From: Nitrospirota bacterium
GTDB taxonomy: Bacteria > Nitrospirota > UBA9217
DNA length: 64,000 bases
Assembly (NCBI GenBank): GCA_963754875.1
Contig: CAVWHO010000008.1
Location: 320,001 to 384,000 of the forward strand
Direction of reading: 5' to 3'
This document shows positions 47,427-58,105 of this stretch, piece after piece. The number at the start of each line of letters is the position of its first letter. Within the stretch, counting starts at the first letter, position 1. A program made the translations under genes and the position numbers. The notes below the pieces were generated by a model. The model made no database searches and was not told the DNA's origin. It saw nothing but the letters and a program-made list of their open reading frames with translations.

Positions 47427-49523
47427 ATGATAAGGACTAAGGAACAGTTTTTGCGGATGAGCATGCAGTACTTTGGAGGCAAGGTGCCGGATACGGATAC
47501 AAAAGACAATTTGCAGAACCTCTTCAAGGACGAATCATGGTGGGATCATTTCGCATCCCTTTCTGAGAGTTTCGGATTCTCCCTGAGTATCTTTTCACAT
47601 TCCGGAAAACCCATCTTCGTTCCGACCGGGACAATCCCTCCGTGCCAGGAATTTTGCTCATCTTCAGCAGAATTTAACTCGAAACACGAAGCATATTGTC
47701 ATCCCCTCATCATGAACACCCTTGCAACGGGAAAACCAGATATCTTCAAATGCTATGCGAAAATCATGTGTTTCTCTCTGCCCATCAGATACATGGACGA
47801 AAAGGCAGTGATCCTGGGGCAGGGATCGTTTTCGTCGTACGAAGATTTTCGGGAATGTGTGAACCTCGTTCAAGCCGCCGGTAACGACAAAATTTCCGTT
47901 ACCGTGCCGCTCTCCTTTACGAACTACCAGCAAGCCTGGAAGGTTTGCGGCTTCGTTGCAATCTCGGTGAACAAACTTTTGCAAAACACTCAGGAAAACA
48001 CGTCGCTAAGAAGAAAGATCGAAAGCCTGAAAATGATCATCGGGATGTGGGGCGCCACCGCCGAGGAGCGGCCGGAATCGATGTATAGAACGATGATCGG
48101 AAAGCTGTCCTCGCTGCTCGATATCGATTGCATTACCATTCTTGCTTTTGATCATACGCAGAGAAAATATACGAGCCTCTACAGCCTTTTGAGGAGCAGC
48201 GGGACTCCTGAGGTCTACAGCATCAATGAGGATGATGCGGTGGCTCAGGACCTTGCGGCAGGGAAGGAGTTTCTCCTTTCGGCAGAGCCGATTGCAGACC
48301 CCCGGGCTGATTTCCTGCGCGGAATGGGTGCTCTCTATTTTTTCCCTGTCATGGTCAACAAAAAACTCGCTGCGATCCTCCGGATTGACGACAGGGGCCT
48401 CACTGAAGCCGACCGGCAGGTCATAACTGCATTCTGTCGGAATACCGCTCTTTCGATCGAAAACTACCAACTGCAACAGGAACTGTATAAAAAATTTGAC
48501 CAGTTCGCAGCTATTTCTGAGCTGACGAAGTCGATAATACCCATCCATGATTATGAAAAGCTCCTTCAGGCGATCCTTGACATGTCGGCTGAACTGCTCA
48601 AGGCGGAACAGGGTTCACTGATGCTGATCGACTATGAAACTGATGCCTTGCTCCTGGAAGCAAAAAAAGGTATAATCGACGGCGTAGCCGGAAAACTCAG
48701 GATCAACCGGGGTGAAGGGATCGCCGGCAAAGTGGCCCAATCCGGCGAACCTATCCTCGTCGAGAACCTGGAAAACGATCCGAGAATACGCCAAATGAAC
48801 AGACGACACTATAAAACGCGCTCGTTTGTCAGCATACCGCTTAAGATCGATGGCCGCACCATAGGTGTGCTCAACCTGTCGGACAAGTCCTCCGGCGAGG
48901 TGTTTAATAAAGAAGACTTGAAACTCATTCAATCCTTCGCCACCCATGCCGCTGTCATCATGGAGCGAAATGTATTTATTAATAAAACGGAAGAACTAAA
49001 AAAACTGACCATCACGGACTCTCTTACCGGTCTCCTGAACCGGAGGTACCTGCATGAACGGCTGAAGGACGAATTGGCCCGGTCCGCGCGTCATGGCCAC
49101 ACTTTCGGCCTTCTCATGCTGGACATCGACGGGTTCAAACATTGTAATGACACGCTGGGCCATCCTTTCGGCGACAAGGTCCTGAAAGCCATGGCAGACA
49201 CCTTACTGAATGTTGTGCGGTCCATAGACATAGTGGCACGATACGGCGGCGATGAGTTCATGATAATTCTGCCCGAGACCGTTAAGTCAGTTGCCATAGA
49301 AATAGCGGAGCGGATATTGAGCAGTGTGTCAGAGAAAGTGGTTCGCGTTAACGATGACCCCGCTTCCCGATCGTATACCATGACGACCAGTATCGGTATT
49401 GCCTGCTATCCCGAACACGGGAAATCGGCTGAAGTGCTGCTTGAGAACGTTGACAAGGCACTGTACCGCGCTAAACACGAAGGGAAAAACCGCGTAGAGG
49501 TATTCACGAAACATGCCATTTAG
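47427..49523 (+). CDS. Diguanylate cyclase with PocR-like and two GAF domains
   Basis: TDSLTGLLNRR, DIDGFK..ND..GH..GD, RSID I-site, RYGGDEF; GAF motifs GEGIAGKVA and GVLNLSDK. Confidence 0.93.
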   Translation: MIRTKEQFLRMSMQYFGGKVPDTDTKDNLQNLFKDESWWDHFASLSESFGFSLSIFSHSGKPIFVPTGTIPPCQEFCSSSAEFNSKHEAYCHPLIMNTLATGKPDIFKCYAKIMCFSLPIRYMDEKAVILGQGSFSSYEDFRECVNLVQAAGNDKISVTVPLSFTNYQQAWKVCGFVAISVNKLLQNTQENTSLRRKIESLKMIIGMWGATAEERPESMYRTMIGKLSSLLDIDCITILAFDHTQRKYTSLYSLLRSSGTPEVYSINEDDAVAQDLAAGKEFLLSAEPIADPRADFLRGMGALYFFPVMVNKKLAAILRIDDRGLTEADRQVITAFCRNTALSIENYQLQQELYKKFDQFAAISELTKSIIPIHDYEKLLQAILDMSAELLKAEQGSLMLIDYETDALLLEAKKGIIDGVAGKLRINRGEGIAGKVAQSGEPILVENLENDPRIRQMNRRHYKTRSFVSIPLKIDGRTIGVLNLSDKSSGEVFNKEDLKLIQSFATHAAVIMERNVFINKTEELKKLTITDSLTGLLNRRYLHERLKDELARSARHGHTFGLLMLDIDGFKHCNDTLGHPFGDKVLKAMADTLLNVVRSIDIVARYGGDEFMIILPETVKSVAIEIAERILSSVSEKVVRVNDDPASRSYTMTTSIGIACYPEHGKSAEVLLENVDKALYRAKHEGKNRVEVFTKHAI

Positions 49524-51183
49524 CTCACTCAAGGACAGCGAATTTATTAATCGTCAGGAGGAGTTGTCCACCCTTTACAGAAGGGTTCTCAGGGCGGAGT
49601 GGGGCCATGCGCAAAGCGCAGTCCTGTCCGGTCATCGGGGCATCGGCAAGTCAGAGCTTCTCAAACAACTCTTCGGCCACCTGTTCTGGAAGCAGGATCG
49701 GGTAGTTCCCTTCTTATATACGGTCAACCCCGCACTCCTGTCTGTTGCGGCCTTTTCAAAGACCTATCTGACGGGGTTTCTTCGGCAACGACTTGCATTC
49801 TCGAAAAAAGAACAAGCATTGCTGTATCATGACGGGATATCAATTGATGATCTGTCCTTACTCATAGAAGAGTTGGAAGCCGGCTGGGCAAAGGAGATCC
49901 TTGACCAGTACGTCCAGTCAGCCCGTGATCCGCTCGATGCACTTCTCAACGCTCTTGCGGCCCCGCACCGTTCAGCGCTTGCCACAGGGATGCCTGTCGC
50001 CGTTCTGCTCGATGATTTTCATTGGACGAAGGGGCTCCATATCGATGACGTTCCCGATGCCCGGTTAGCTTCACTTTTTCAAGAGTCGATGTCGCATAAA
50101 AAAACGCCGCATATCATCACCGGGAACGCATCGGAACTCCAGGAGATGCCTGTCGTGAGCGGCCTTGAGCGCATACCGGTACAACCCTTGGGACCCGAGG
50201 CTGCCTCGTCGAGAGTGAGCGCACTTTTGAGCGCGAATGATGCTGCAGGAAATGTCCCTCCCCTTCTCCTGCGCCATCTCGGCGGGAACCCCTTTTACCT
50301 GGGTTGCGTCGTCACGAAAGCGAGCTCGCAGAACAATCTCGACGAAAAAGACTTCTGGAACGCATACATCCAAGAGATCATGGAAGGACAGCTTGCGTTT
50401 TCCTGGTCTACAGTCTTTAAGAGTTTATTCCCGGACTTGGGGATGAGGAGGGCGGCACTTGCAATAGCCTATAAGATCCATCACACCGCCGAACCTTTTT
50501 CCTGCCAGCGGATTGCAAAGTCCTTTGCGCTGTCGGACGAGCGTGCGCACGATATTGCGTATAACCTGTGTTTGGAGGGTATCATTCGGGGAGAGTTCGG
50601 CGTATTCAGGGCCACGGACGACCGGGTATTAAAGGACGTAATCGATTGCCTCTATCTGAGGGAGGTTCTGGCGAAGTCCACCCATGATCTGACAGACCAC
50701 TTCCTTGCAGCGTTAGTCCCGCAAAAAGGCCATGTTGCCCGGTTTGACATGGCCCTGCCGATGGTCAAGGAGGCCGAACTGATTGCTGCGCAGGGACTCG
50801 AGCAAATAGGCAAGAACCTGAACCTGAACCCTGAGGCCATCGGACAGCTGCAGATAGCCGTTATCGAGGCTTGCATCAACGCTATTGAACACGGCAGGGG
50901 GAGTGGGGACAACATCTATATCAGCGTCATTGTGGATGAGGACCAACTGGAGGTTTCGGTAGAAAGTGCCGGGAAGGAGTTCATCATTCAGGAAACAGGT
51001 GAACCTTTTCGCGATCAGGAGGCTGTAAAAGCACCCGGGAGAGGATGGGGCATAAAATTAATAAGACGCTTTGTGGACGATGTAAAGTTCGAAAAAACTG
51101 CTCTTGGCACAAAAATAGTGCTCGTAAAAAAAATCGGAAAATCTGTGGGCAAACAAAAGGAGAATACGATAAACCATGAGTAA
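49513..51183 (+). CDS. P-loop ATPase fused to an RsbW/SpoIIAB-like anti-sigma kinase domain
   Basis: FINRQEEL, GHRGIGKS, LLDDF; C-terminal IAVIEACINAIEHG and GRGWGIKLIRRFVD. Confidence 0.82.
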   Translation: MPFSSLKDSEFINRQEELSTLYRRVLRAEWGHAQSAVLSGHRGIGKSELLKQLFGHLFWKQDRVVPFLYTVNPALLSVAAFSKTYLTGFLRQRLAFSKKEQALLYHDGISIDDLSLLIEELEAGWAKEILDQYVQSARDPLDALLNALAAPHRSALATGMPVAVLLDDFHWTKGLHIDDVPDARLASLFQESMSHKKTPHIITGNASELQEMPVVSGLERIPVQPLGPEAASSRVSALLSANDAAGNVPPLLLRHLGGNPFYLGCVVTKASSQNNLDEKDFWNAYIQEIMEGQLAFSWSTVFKSLFPDLGMRRAALAIAYKIHHTAEPFSCQRIAKSFALSDERAHDIAYNLCLEGIIRGEFGVFRATDDRVLKDVIDCLYLREVLAKSTHDLTDHFLAALVPQKGHVARFDMALPMVKEAELIAAQGLEQIGKNLNLNPEAIGQLQIAVIEACINAIEHGRGSGDNIYISVIVDEDQLEVSVESAGKEFIIQETGEPFRDQEAVKAPGRGWGIKLIRRFVDDVKFEKTALGTKIVLVKKIGKSVGKQKENTINHE

Positions 51184-51535
51184 TTTTTCTTTATCGTCAA
51201 AATCGGCCGGGGACATAGCCGTCATGATGCCCAAAGGCTATATTAATGACATCGCGGCGGAGAGCCTCGAACAGGAAAATGAGCAGTTTCTCGGACACGG
51301 TCTGAAAAAGCTCGTCGTTAATTTTTCCGATGTGCAATTTATCAATACCATCGGGCTCTCGGTTTTCTTGGGCATGATGCAGAAGACATTGGAGCACAAC
51401 AGCATCCTCTGCTTCACGAATATGAAAAAAGACCACCAGGCTATTTTCGAGATCGCGGGCTTGATTAAACATGTAAAGGTCTTTAAAGATGAAAAGGACG
51501 CCTTCAATTATTTGGACGGCAGACATAAAGTATGA
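51176..51535 (+). CDS. STAS-domain anti-sigma factor antagonist
   Basis: 119 aa; KGYIN, VVNFSDVQFINTIGL, IFEIAGL. Confidence 0.9.
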   Translation: MSNFSLSSKSAGDIAVMMPKGYINDIAAESLEQENEQFLGHGLKKLVVNFSDVQFINTIGLSVFLGMMQKTLEHNSILCFTNMKKDHQAIFEIAGLIKHVKVFKDEKDAFNYLDGRHKV

Positions 51536-52755
51536 AAGATAAAAAACTACATCTTAAACGTCTGATGTTCAGCATTGCATCGTTGGTAGACCTGGGACAG
51601 GAGGCAACCTCCTCTAAAGATTTGTCGTCAAAAATGAAGGCGGCTCTCTATGTCATTACCGGGACGTTGTCCGTGCCGATGGCAGCCTTGTTTGTCTACC
51701 ACCCGAAGCGCAAAGAACTAGATCTTATTGTTGCAAAGGGGCAGCGGGACATCGACGCGAAGGTTATCCGTCTGAGTGTTTCCGCAAAACAGGTCAAGCG
51801 TTTCAGCATGAATAACCCCCATACATCCCGTGACATGTCGGCGAACGCTTTTTTCAAGCAGAATAAAAACGTTTTGACGAAACTTGAAACAAGAATTTTT
51901 CTCCCGCTCTTTGCAAAAGGAGCATTTGTGGGCGCAATCACGCTTGGCAAAAAGATCGGCGGTGCACCTTACCGTCAGGGAGAAAAAGATGTTCTCAGGG
52001 TCATAGCGCATCAAATGGCGATCACGCTGCATAATGCGCAGTTGTTCCTGGAGCTTTCCAAAAAAGCCACGGAAAACCGGCGGCTCTACAAGAATATGCA
52101 GCGAATCTACCATGACACCATTCAGGCATTTGCGGCCGCGATCGACGCCAAGGACGGCTACACCAAAGACCATTCCTACCGCGTGGCAAGCTATGCTGTG
52201 GCGATCGCAAAAGAGCTGGGATGGAAGAAAAAAGACATTGAAGGGATCTATGTCGCCGGGCTGCTCCATGATATCGGGAAGATTATTATTGACACGGGCC
52301 TCATCAGAAAAGGGGAAAAACTGACTGCTGTTGAGATAAACGAAATACGAAAGCATCCCCAGATTTCCTACGACATCCTCTCCAAAGTCAAGTTCCCTTG
52401 GAAGAATATCGACTTTTTCGTCCGTCACCATCATGAGCGGATGGACGGTAAGGGATATCCCGATGCGCTCATGTCGCCGGAGTTGAGCGAAGGGGTCAAA
52501 ATCCTCGCCCTTGCGGATGCCTTTGACGCGATGACAACCGACCGCCCTTACCGGCATAAACTGGGTCTCGATGAAACATTCCAGGAAGTCATCAGGTGCT
52601 GCGGCACGCAGTTTGACGAGAAAATCACCGGGACGTTTTTTAACCTGCTCCTCAGAGAATTAAGCGGAGAGGTCATGGACCTCCAGATACTCCCCCTTTT
52701 GAAACAAGGGGAGGCAGGCGACGTTGCAGTCACCGGATCGGTCACTGGGATGTAA
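51532..52755 (+). CDS. GAF + HD-GYP cyclic-dinucleotide phosphodiesterase
   Basis: DAKDGYTKDHS, LHDIGK, HHERMDGKGYP, ADAFDAMTTDRPYR. Confidence 0.93.
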   Translation: MKDKKLHLKRLMFSIASLVDLGQEATSSKDLSSKMKAALYVITGTLSVPMAALFVYHPKRKELDLIVAKGQRDIDAKVIRLSVSAKQVKRFSMNNPHTSRDMSANAFFKQNKNVLTKLETRIFLPLFAKGAFVGAITLGKKIGGAPYRQGEKDVLRVIAHQMAITLHNAQLFLELSKKATENRRLYKNMQRIYHDTIQAFAAAIDAKDGYTKDHSYRVASYAVAIAKELGWKKKDIEGIYVAGLLHDIGKIIIDTGLIRKGEKLTAVEINEIRKHPQISYDILSKVKFPWKNIDFFVRHHHERMDGKGYPDALMSPELSEGVKILALADAFDAMTTDRPYRHKLGLDETFQEVIRCCGTQFDEKITGTFFNLLLRELSGEVMDLQILPLLKQGEAGDVAVTGSVTGM

Positions 52756-52987
52756 CTTCGGCCACCCATCCCAGGCAGTCTTCCTCAACTATCGCATTTA
52801 CTACGACTGTTGCTGCACAACGTGCTAAAAATTTTTTTGCTCTTCCCGACGACAGAAGAATAAGGAGACAGGGATTCCGCCTTGCAATCACTGAATTTTA
52901 TCCACCGCAGGGGTAAAATCACTTGCGATCCCCTCATCAGAGAGATGCGGTAGTGATGGCTGGCAGTGTAACTAGGAGAACTTTTTT

Positions 52988-54079
52988 ATGAAGAACGTAA
53001 TGACGTTTTTATTTTTGCTGGGGAGTTTACTCGGGATGACTTCATGTGCCGCGAATATACTAACAGCAGCGGACAGCGGAAACATGGGAGCGGTAGACAA
53101 GGCGATTTCACGCGGCGACGATGTCAACAAAAGAGACGGCAATGGCAACACACCCCTCATTTTAGCTTCTAAACATGGGGACTTTGCCATTGTGAAAAAA
53201 TTAGTCATAAGGGGCGCCAATATAAAAACAAAAAATAATGACGGCTATAATGCGCTTTTAGCATTGTCAAATTATACAATGAAATATTCTCCTGTAGCGG
53301 AAAAAGGAAAGCAGAAGAGCGAACCAATTCCGATTGCCACGGAAGGCCACTTGAGGACGGCAGAGTATTTAATTCAAAACGGTGCGAACGTCAATGAAAT
53401 GACGAATGATGGAAACACGGCATTGATTCTTGCGGCTGATTTAAACAAAGTAAAACTCGTCGAACTTTTGCTGAGTAAAGGCGCAGATGTGAATGCCAGA
53501 AATCAACAAGGAGACTCCGCTTTGATAGTTGCGTCTACCAAAGGATATAGAGAACTTGTTTGTCCCTTGATAAGAAAAGGCGCCAATACGGATATGCAAG
53601 ACAATCAGGGCAAAACGGCTCTGCTGTACGCAAAACAGTATGACCGGCAGGAAATCATACAACTGCTGAGCACCCCCTGCCCGCCAGAGACCCCTGATAA
53701 CGCCATCGCGCCGGTTGCGGAAAACAAGGTCGATGATCGGTTGGTAGATAAGTTTATTGAAGCTTTGACGGACAGGGAACCGTCTGTTCGATGGGAAGCT
53801 GCCAAGAGACTAGGTGATTTGAAGGATACTCGTGCAGTAGTCCCCTTGATCGGCGCACTGTCAGATGGCCATGCCTACGTAAGAAGGAGGGCGGCATTTG
53901 CGCTCGGCGAACTGCATGACCCCAGAGCGATAGATTCTTTAATAAAGGAACTGCAGGATGATGATGCATTCGCACGTAAATTTGCATCAGAAGCGCTTGA
54001 AAAAATAACAGGGCAGCAATTCGGAAGCGACTCAAAAAAATGGGCCGAGTGGTGGGCCTTGAAAATAAGGCAATATTAG
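52988..54079 (+). CDS. Ankyrin-repeat + HEAT-repeat lipoprotein
   Basis: Lipobox MTS-C; GNTPLILA/GNTALILA/GADVNA ankyrins; VRWEAAKRLG and VRRRAAFALG HEAT repeats. Confidence 0.88.
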   Translation: MKNVMTFLFLLGSLLGMTSCAANILTAADSGNMGAVDKAISRGDDVNKRDGNGNTPLILASKHGDFAIVKKLVIRGANIKTKNNDGYNALLALSNYTMKYSPVAEKGKQKSEPIPIATEGHLRTAEYLIQNGANVNEMTNDGNTALILAADLNKVKLVELLLSKGADVNARNQQGDSALIVASTKGYRELVCPLIRKGANTDMQDNQGKTALLYAKQYDRQEIIQLLSTPCPPETPDNAIAPVAENKVDDRLVDKFIEALTDREPSVRWEAAKRLGDLKDTRAVVPLIGALSDGHAYVRRRAAFALGELHDPRAIDSLIKELQDDDAFARKFASEALEKITGQQFGSDSKKWAEWWALKIRQY

Positions 54080-54786
54080 GATTACCGCAACGCCGCTTTC
54101 AATCGCACAGCTCAAGCTGGATGATAAAAGGACCCGCTAGAGCATGCTTCAAGCGTTAATGATTTTCCCCTTTACGTGAACATGTGTTCCGATGTTCGAG
54201 GGAGGGAAAACCCTAAAATGACTTTCGTAAACGGAGTATGGATCAAAACCCCTCACAAGTCTAATTCCACTCATTTTAAATGATTCTCTCACCTTCCGCA
54301 TGGTTTCGTAAGGGTGTTAAACCCCGGGTATCATAATGCAGACACGTCCAAGGTAGAATCCGGTAATTCTACATCACTAAGGAAGTTATACCAAAACATC
54401 GAGAAACTGAGGACGGCGATTTCGGCTTTTATCAAACTCCTCCACAAATACCGGCTGGTTAAAAAAACCGGATGCAAAAGCCTGCAGCAGACAGCAGGCA
54501 CACAGTGAGCATCAGTTAAAAGCGCCCGCAAAACTTCTATCTTTTGTCCGGGATACCGGGTGCGCTACCATAATAAATGCCTACGATAAGTAGAGGGGCA
54601 AACAATATGTTGCCGACAAGTCTTTTCCAATTCCTACTCAATCTTCTGCTGAACAATCTTAATAATTTTAATTTACTTATATTAATTGCAGGCAATCAGA
54701 AGGGGCAAGCCATACTGAAGATAAACACAAGTATTTCGCTTTATCCAATTAACCGCACTTATCAGCGGGGCGGATAAACCATTCGG

Positions 54787-56649
54787 TTAAGAGTGGTCAG
54801 AGTAATGTATGTTTTTTTTCAGTTTAATTAGTGGTTTGGAATTTTTAAGGATCTTATCAGCGAATGCCGATAGGACATCCTTTTTTGCATGATTTGCCGG
54901 CTCCGCATCAAACATGCCGCCTAGCGATGCAACGAATCGTTTAAAATCTTTCTCGCTGAAAGTTTCAGATTGAAGTAATTCTATGAAGTGCGATATCTTG
55001 TTGCTCATTTGTAATGCAATAGTGTAGTCCTCTTCAGAAAAGGTCTCCGCAGTCTTCTTATTGTTCAGATTGAGCACTCCAACGACCTTGTTTCCGATTT
55101 TAAGGGGGAGCGTCATGAGCGATTTCGTGGTGTATTGCGAAACATTGGTTTTCGCGAAACGCGTGTCGGTTTCAATATCTTCTATGAATAACGGTTTTCC
55201 TTCCAGCGCAACCCAACCCGCGATTTTATCGCCGAGCTTGATCCTCGTCCTCTTAACGATATCTTCATCTAGGCCGACCGCGCTTTTGACGGTCAGTTCG
55301 TTCGTGAGTTCATCGCTGAGCATGACGGAGCAGATATCGATATCCAGTAAATCTGATATTAATTCCACAAATGAATCCATGCTTTGGTCCACGTAGACAT
55401 CAATTGTCTGTTTAATACTTTTGGGGACCGTAAGAGTAATACAACAGCTCGTGTCGGTATTTGTGGCAGAAAGTTTCCAACGGTGCGTATCAAGAATGCT
55501 TCTGACAATGTGGAGTTTTAGCCGGTCTTCAGGTTGATCAATCTGAAATACATATCGTGTATCATGAAGGATGTCAACGGCAGAGGTCGGCAGCGGCCGT
55601 GGCAAAACGATACTGAAAGTCACGTACCGTGTTTCGGCAGCACTGATTTCAATCGTATCGCCCCGCTGAAGATAATGGCATAGCCCATCAATCAAGTTTG
55701 AAAAGAGCTGAAGGACTTTTATTTTGTCGCCGACAATATCGAAACGGTTATCTTGTGTAAGTACCGTGAGGCCGATGCCTTTACGCGACAGAACTGCCAT
55801 AAGTGACTTGGATTCCTGAAGTTCTCGAAAGATAGACCCCACGTTAAGGACAGTCTTTTTGATAATCCTCGTCTCATCTTCCAGCCTGAGAAAGTCAAGC
55901 AGGTTCTCTACAATGGATACGAGCTTATCTATCTCACCCGAGATAATGCCCTCGAATTCCTGCCGTTCTTGTATTTCTATTTTTTCGGTCTTTTGTAAAT
56001 AAAATATTGCTCCTTTGAGCGAATTCAACGGGGTCCGAAGCTCGTGGGAAACACGGGTAAGAAATTCGGTTTTCAGGATGTCTGTTTCCAGCAGCTTTTT
56101 ATTAATTGCTTCGAGTTCTCCTGCTTTCGATTTCAGTTGGCCGATGAGGCTAGCATTTTCAAGAGCGATTGCCGCATGGTTCACAAGGGTCTTTAGCAAT
56201 TCGAATTCGTCGTCATTAAACGGTGTCCCGTCCTTTTTATCATTGATATTCAGGAGGCCGAGCAACTTGTTGTTATTAATTATAATGGGACATGATATGA
56301 ATGAATTGGTTTTGTAGCGGTCCCGCCGAACACGCCGAAAAGTTTCATCCGTTTCAATGTCATTGACACGAACTGGCAGCAGGCCCTTAGCCACGGTGCC
56401 GGCTATCCCCTCACCAATTTTAATCTTATGGTTCCTGTCGTATTGTGAATCAAGCCCCCTTGATGCAAGGATGGAAAGCTCATCTTCGTCGGTAACTAGC
56501 ATCAGGGAGCCCATTTCAGCATTCGCATAGCTGATGGCATAGTCGAGCAACAGGTTGGCTATCGTATTGATGTTGTCGGAAATGACAATAGCGCTGGAAA
56601 GATCCTGGAGGATGGCGAATTTCTTTTTAAAGAGATCTACTTTGTCCAT
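54787..56649 (-). CDS. GAF-HisKA-(degenerate HATPase)-GAF sensor protein
   Basis: Two GAF domains (GEGIAG.VA; GDKIAGWVA), H-box VSHELRTPL; no recognisable G1/G2 boxes. Confidence 0.82.
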   Translation of the reverse strand: MDKVDLFKKKFAILQDLSSAIVISDNINTIANLLLDYAISYANAEMGSLMLVTDEDELSILASRGLDSQYDRNHKIKIGEGIAGTVAKGLLPVRVNDIETDETFRRVRRDRYKTNSFISCPIIINNNKLLGLLNINDKKDGTPFNDDEFELLKTLVNHAAIALENASLIGQLKSKAGELEAINKKLLETDILKTEFLTRVSHELRTPLNSLKGAIFYLQKTEKIEIQERQEFEGIISGEIDKLVSIVENLLDFLRLEDETRIIKKTVLNVGSIFRELQESKSLMAVLSRKGIGLTVLTQDNRFDIVGDKIKVLQLFSNLIDGLCHYLQRGDTIEISAAETRYVTFSIVLPRPLPTSAVDILHDTRYVFQIDQPEDRLKLHIVRSILDTHRWKLSATNTDTSCCITLTVPKSIKQTIDVYVDQSMDSFVELISDLLDIDICSVMLSDELTNELTVKSAVGLDEDIVKRTRIKLGDKIAGWVALEGKPLFIEDIETDTRFAKTNVSQYTTKSLMTLPLKIGNKVVGVLNLNNKKTAETFSEEDYTIALQMSNKISHFIELLQSETFSEKDFKRFVASLGGMFDAEPANHAKKDVLSAFADKILKNSKPLIKLKKNIHYSDHS

Positions 56650-56716
56650 TCGTCTTCATTTTTGACGTGATGCGTCCTGCAGCTGAAATTGGGAGAGGAG
56701 TGTGGCAACAATGCTC

Positions 56717-58105
56717 TCACTTCGGCAAACTGCAATATTCATCAGATTCTTTCAGTCTTTTGTAGAACGTCTTTCGTGAGATGCCGAGTTCCCTTGCTGC
56801 TTTCGATATATTTCCGCCGTACAAATGGAGTGCATCACTGATGGCCTGGCGCTCCAAAACCTTGAGGGGTTTTACCGTTTCTTTATCACTACTTTTCAAC
56901 TTCTGCAATCGTGAACGGAATTCTTCGGGAAGTTCACTTATGGTAATCCGACCGTCTTTGGCCAAAACAACGATGCTCTCGATCACATTTTTCAGCTGTC
57001 TTACATTTCCCGGCCACTCATAACGAATGAGGGATTCCAGAACATCATCGGATAGCGAAAATGGTCTGTTTTCCCGTATTGAAAAACTGTTTAAGAATTC
57101 TGCTACAAATAGAGGAATATCCTCTTTTCTCTCACGGAGAGGCGGAACTTCGATCTTGATTACATTAAGTCGGTAATAGAGATCCTCGCGGAACCTGCCC
57201 TCCTCCACTTCTCTTTTGAGGTCCCTGTTTGTCGACGACACAAGCCTGAAATTGACCTTGAACTTTTTGTTCGTTCCGAGCCGCTCGATCTCCCGTTCCT
57301 GCAAAACCCGGAGCAGCTTTGCCTGGACGGAAATATCGAGTTCACCGATCTCATCGAGAAATATCGTGCCATCCGTGGCCTCTTCGAATTTTCCCGTCCG
57401 AGAAGTTGCAGCTCCGGTAAAAGCGCCTTTTTCGTAGCCGAAGAGCTCCGCTTCGATGAGCTCTCGGGGTATCGCGGCGCAGTTTATGGCGACGAAAGGC
57501 TTGTTGAAGCGTTTACTACGGTAATGCAGGTTGGATGCGATTACCTCTTTCCCCGTACCGGTTTCCCCCTGGATGAGAACGCTGCTTTCCGAGTCTTTGA
57601 CCGTTTCGATGGTTTTCATAATGCCGACCATCGTCAGGGCCTGTCCGACAAAGCGGTGCGAGCTGCACTGTTGGGACGATTTCTTTTTCAGGTCCTCAAG
57701 TTTCTTTAGAGCGGCATTATCTTCTATGGCCGTCGCGAGGACGTTCTTGAGCTTTGGATAATCCGGCGGCTTGATGAAGTAATAATAGGCGCCGCTGGTC
57801 ATGGCATTGACCGCAGACTCAACGGAACCATAGGCGGTCAGAAAAAGGACCGGCGTATGGGGATGATACTGAGAAACGTAGTTGAAAAGCTGGAACCCGT
57901 CTTTGTCGGGCATTTTCAGATCGGTGATAACGGCATCGATATCTTCGCTGTGCATAAGCCCCAAGGCGTGGTCAACGCCCATTGATTCGCGAACGTGATA
58001 GCCTTCTTGCTGTAGTATTGCCGAAAGCACCCTAAGCGCATTAGGTTCATCATCAACAATGAGTACTTTCTTTCCCTCTGCCATAGTCATGGTGGTATCC
58101 CTCAT
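56717..58105 (-). CDS. Sigma54-dependent response regulator (NtrC-type bEBP)
   Basis: VDDE/ITDLKMP receiver, GETGTGKE, GAFTGA, FLDEIGE, WPGNVRQL, Fis-type HTH. Confidence 0.96.
   Translation of the reverse strand: MRDTTMTMAEGKKVLIVDDEPNALRVLSAILQQEGYHVRESMGVDHALGLMHSEDIDAVITDLKMPDKDGFQLFNYVSQYHPHTPVLFLTAYGSVESAVNAMTSGAYYYFIKPPDYPKLKNVLATAIEDNAALKKLEDLKKKSSQQCSSHRFVGQALTMVGIMKTIETVKDSESSVLIQGETGTGKEVIASNLHYRSKRFNKPFVAINCAAIPRELIEAELFGYEKGAFTGAATSRTGKFEEATDGTIFLDEIGELDISVQAKLLRVLQEREIERLGTNKKFKVNFRLVSSTNRDLKREVEEGRFREDLYYRLNVIKIEVPPLRERKEDIPLFVAEFLNSFSIRENRPFSLSDDVLESLIRYEWPGNVRQLKNVIESIVVLAKDGRITISELPEEFRSRLQKLKSSDKETVKPLKVLERQAISDALHLYGGNISKAARELGISRKTFYKRLKESDEYCSLPK

Noticed and set aside
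52900..52960. Possible three-way-junction or tRNA-like fold upstream of the ankyrin gene
   Set aside because: Stems are only 4-5 bp, with no T-loop/CCA or known riboswitch consensus.
54080..54786. Short ORFs (50-66 aa) in the convergent gap
   Set aside because: No convincing RBS or motif, and no PEP-CTERM signature.
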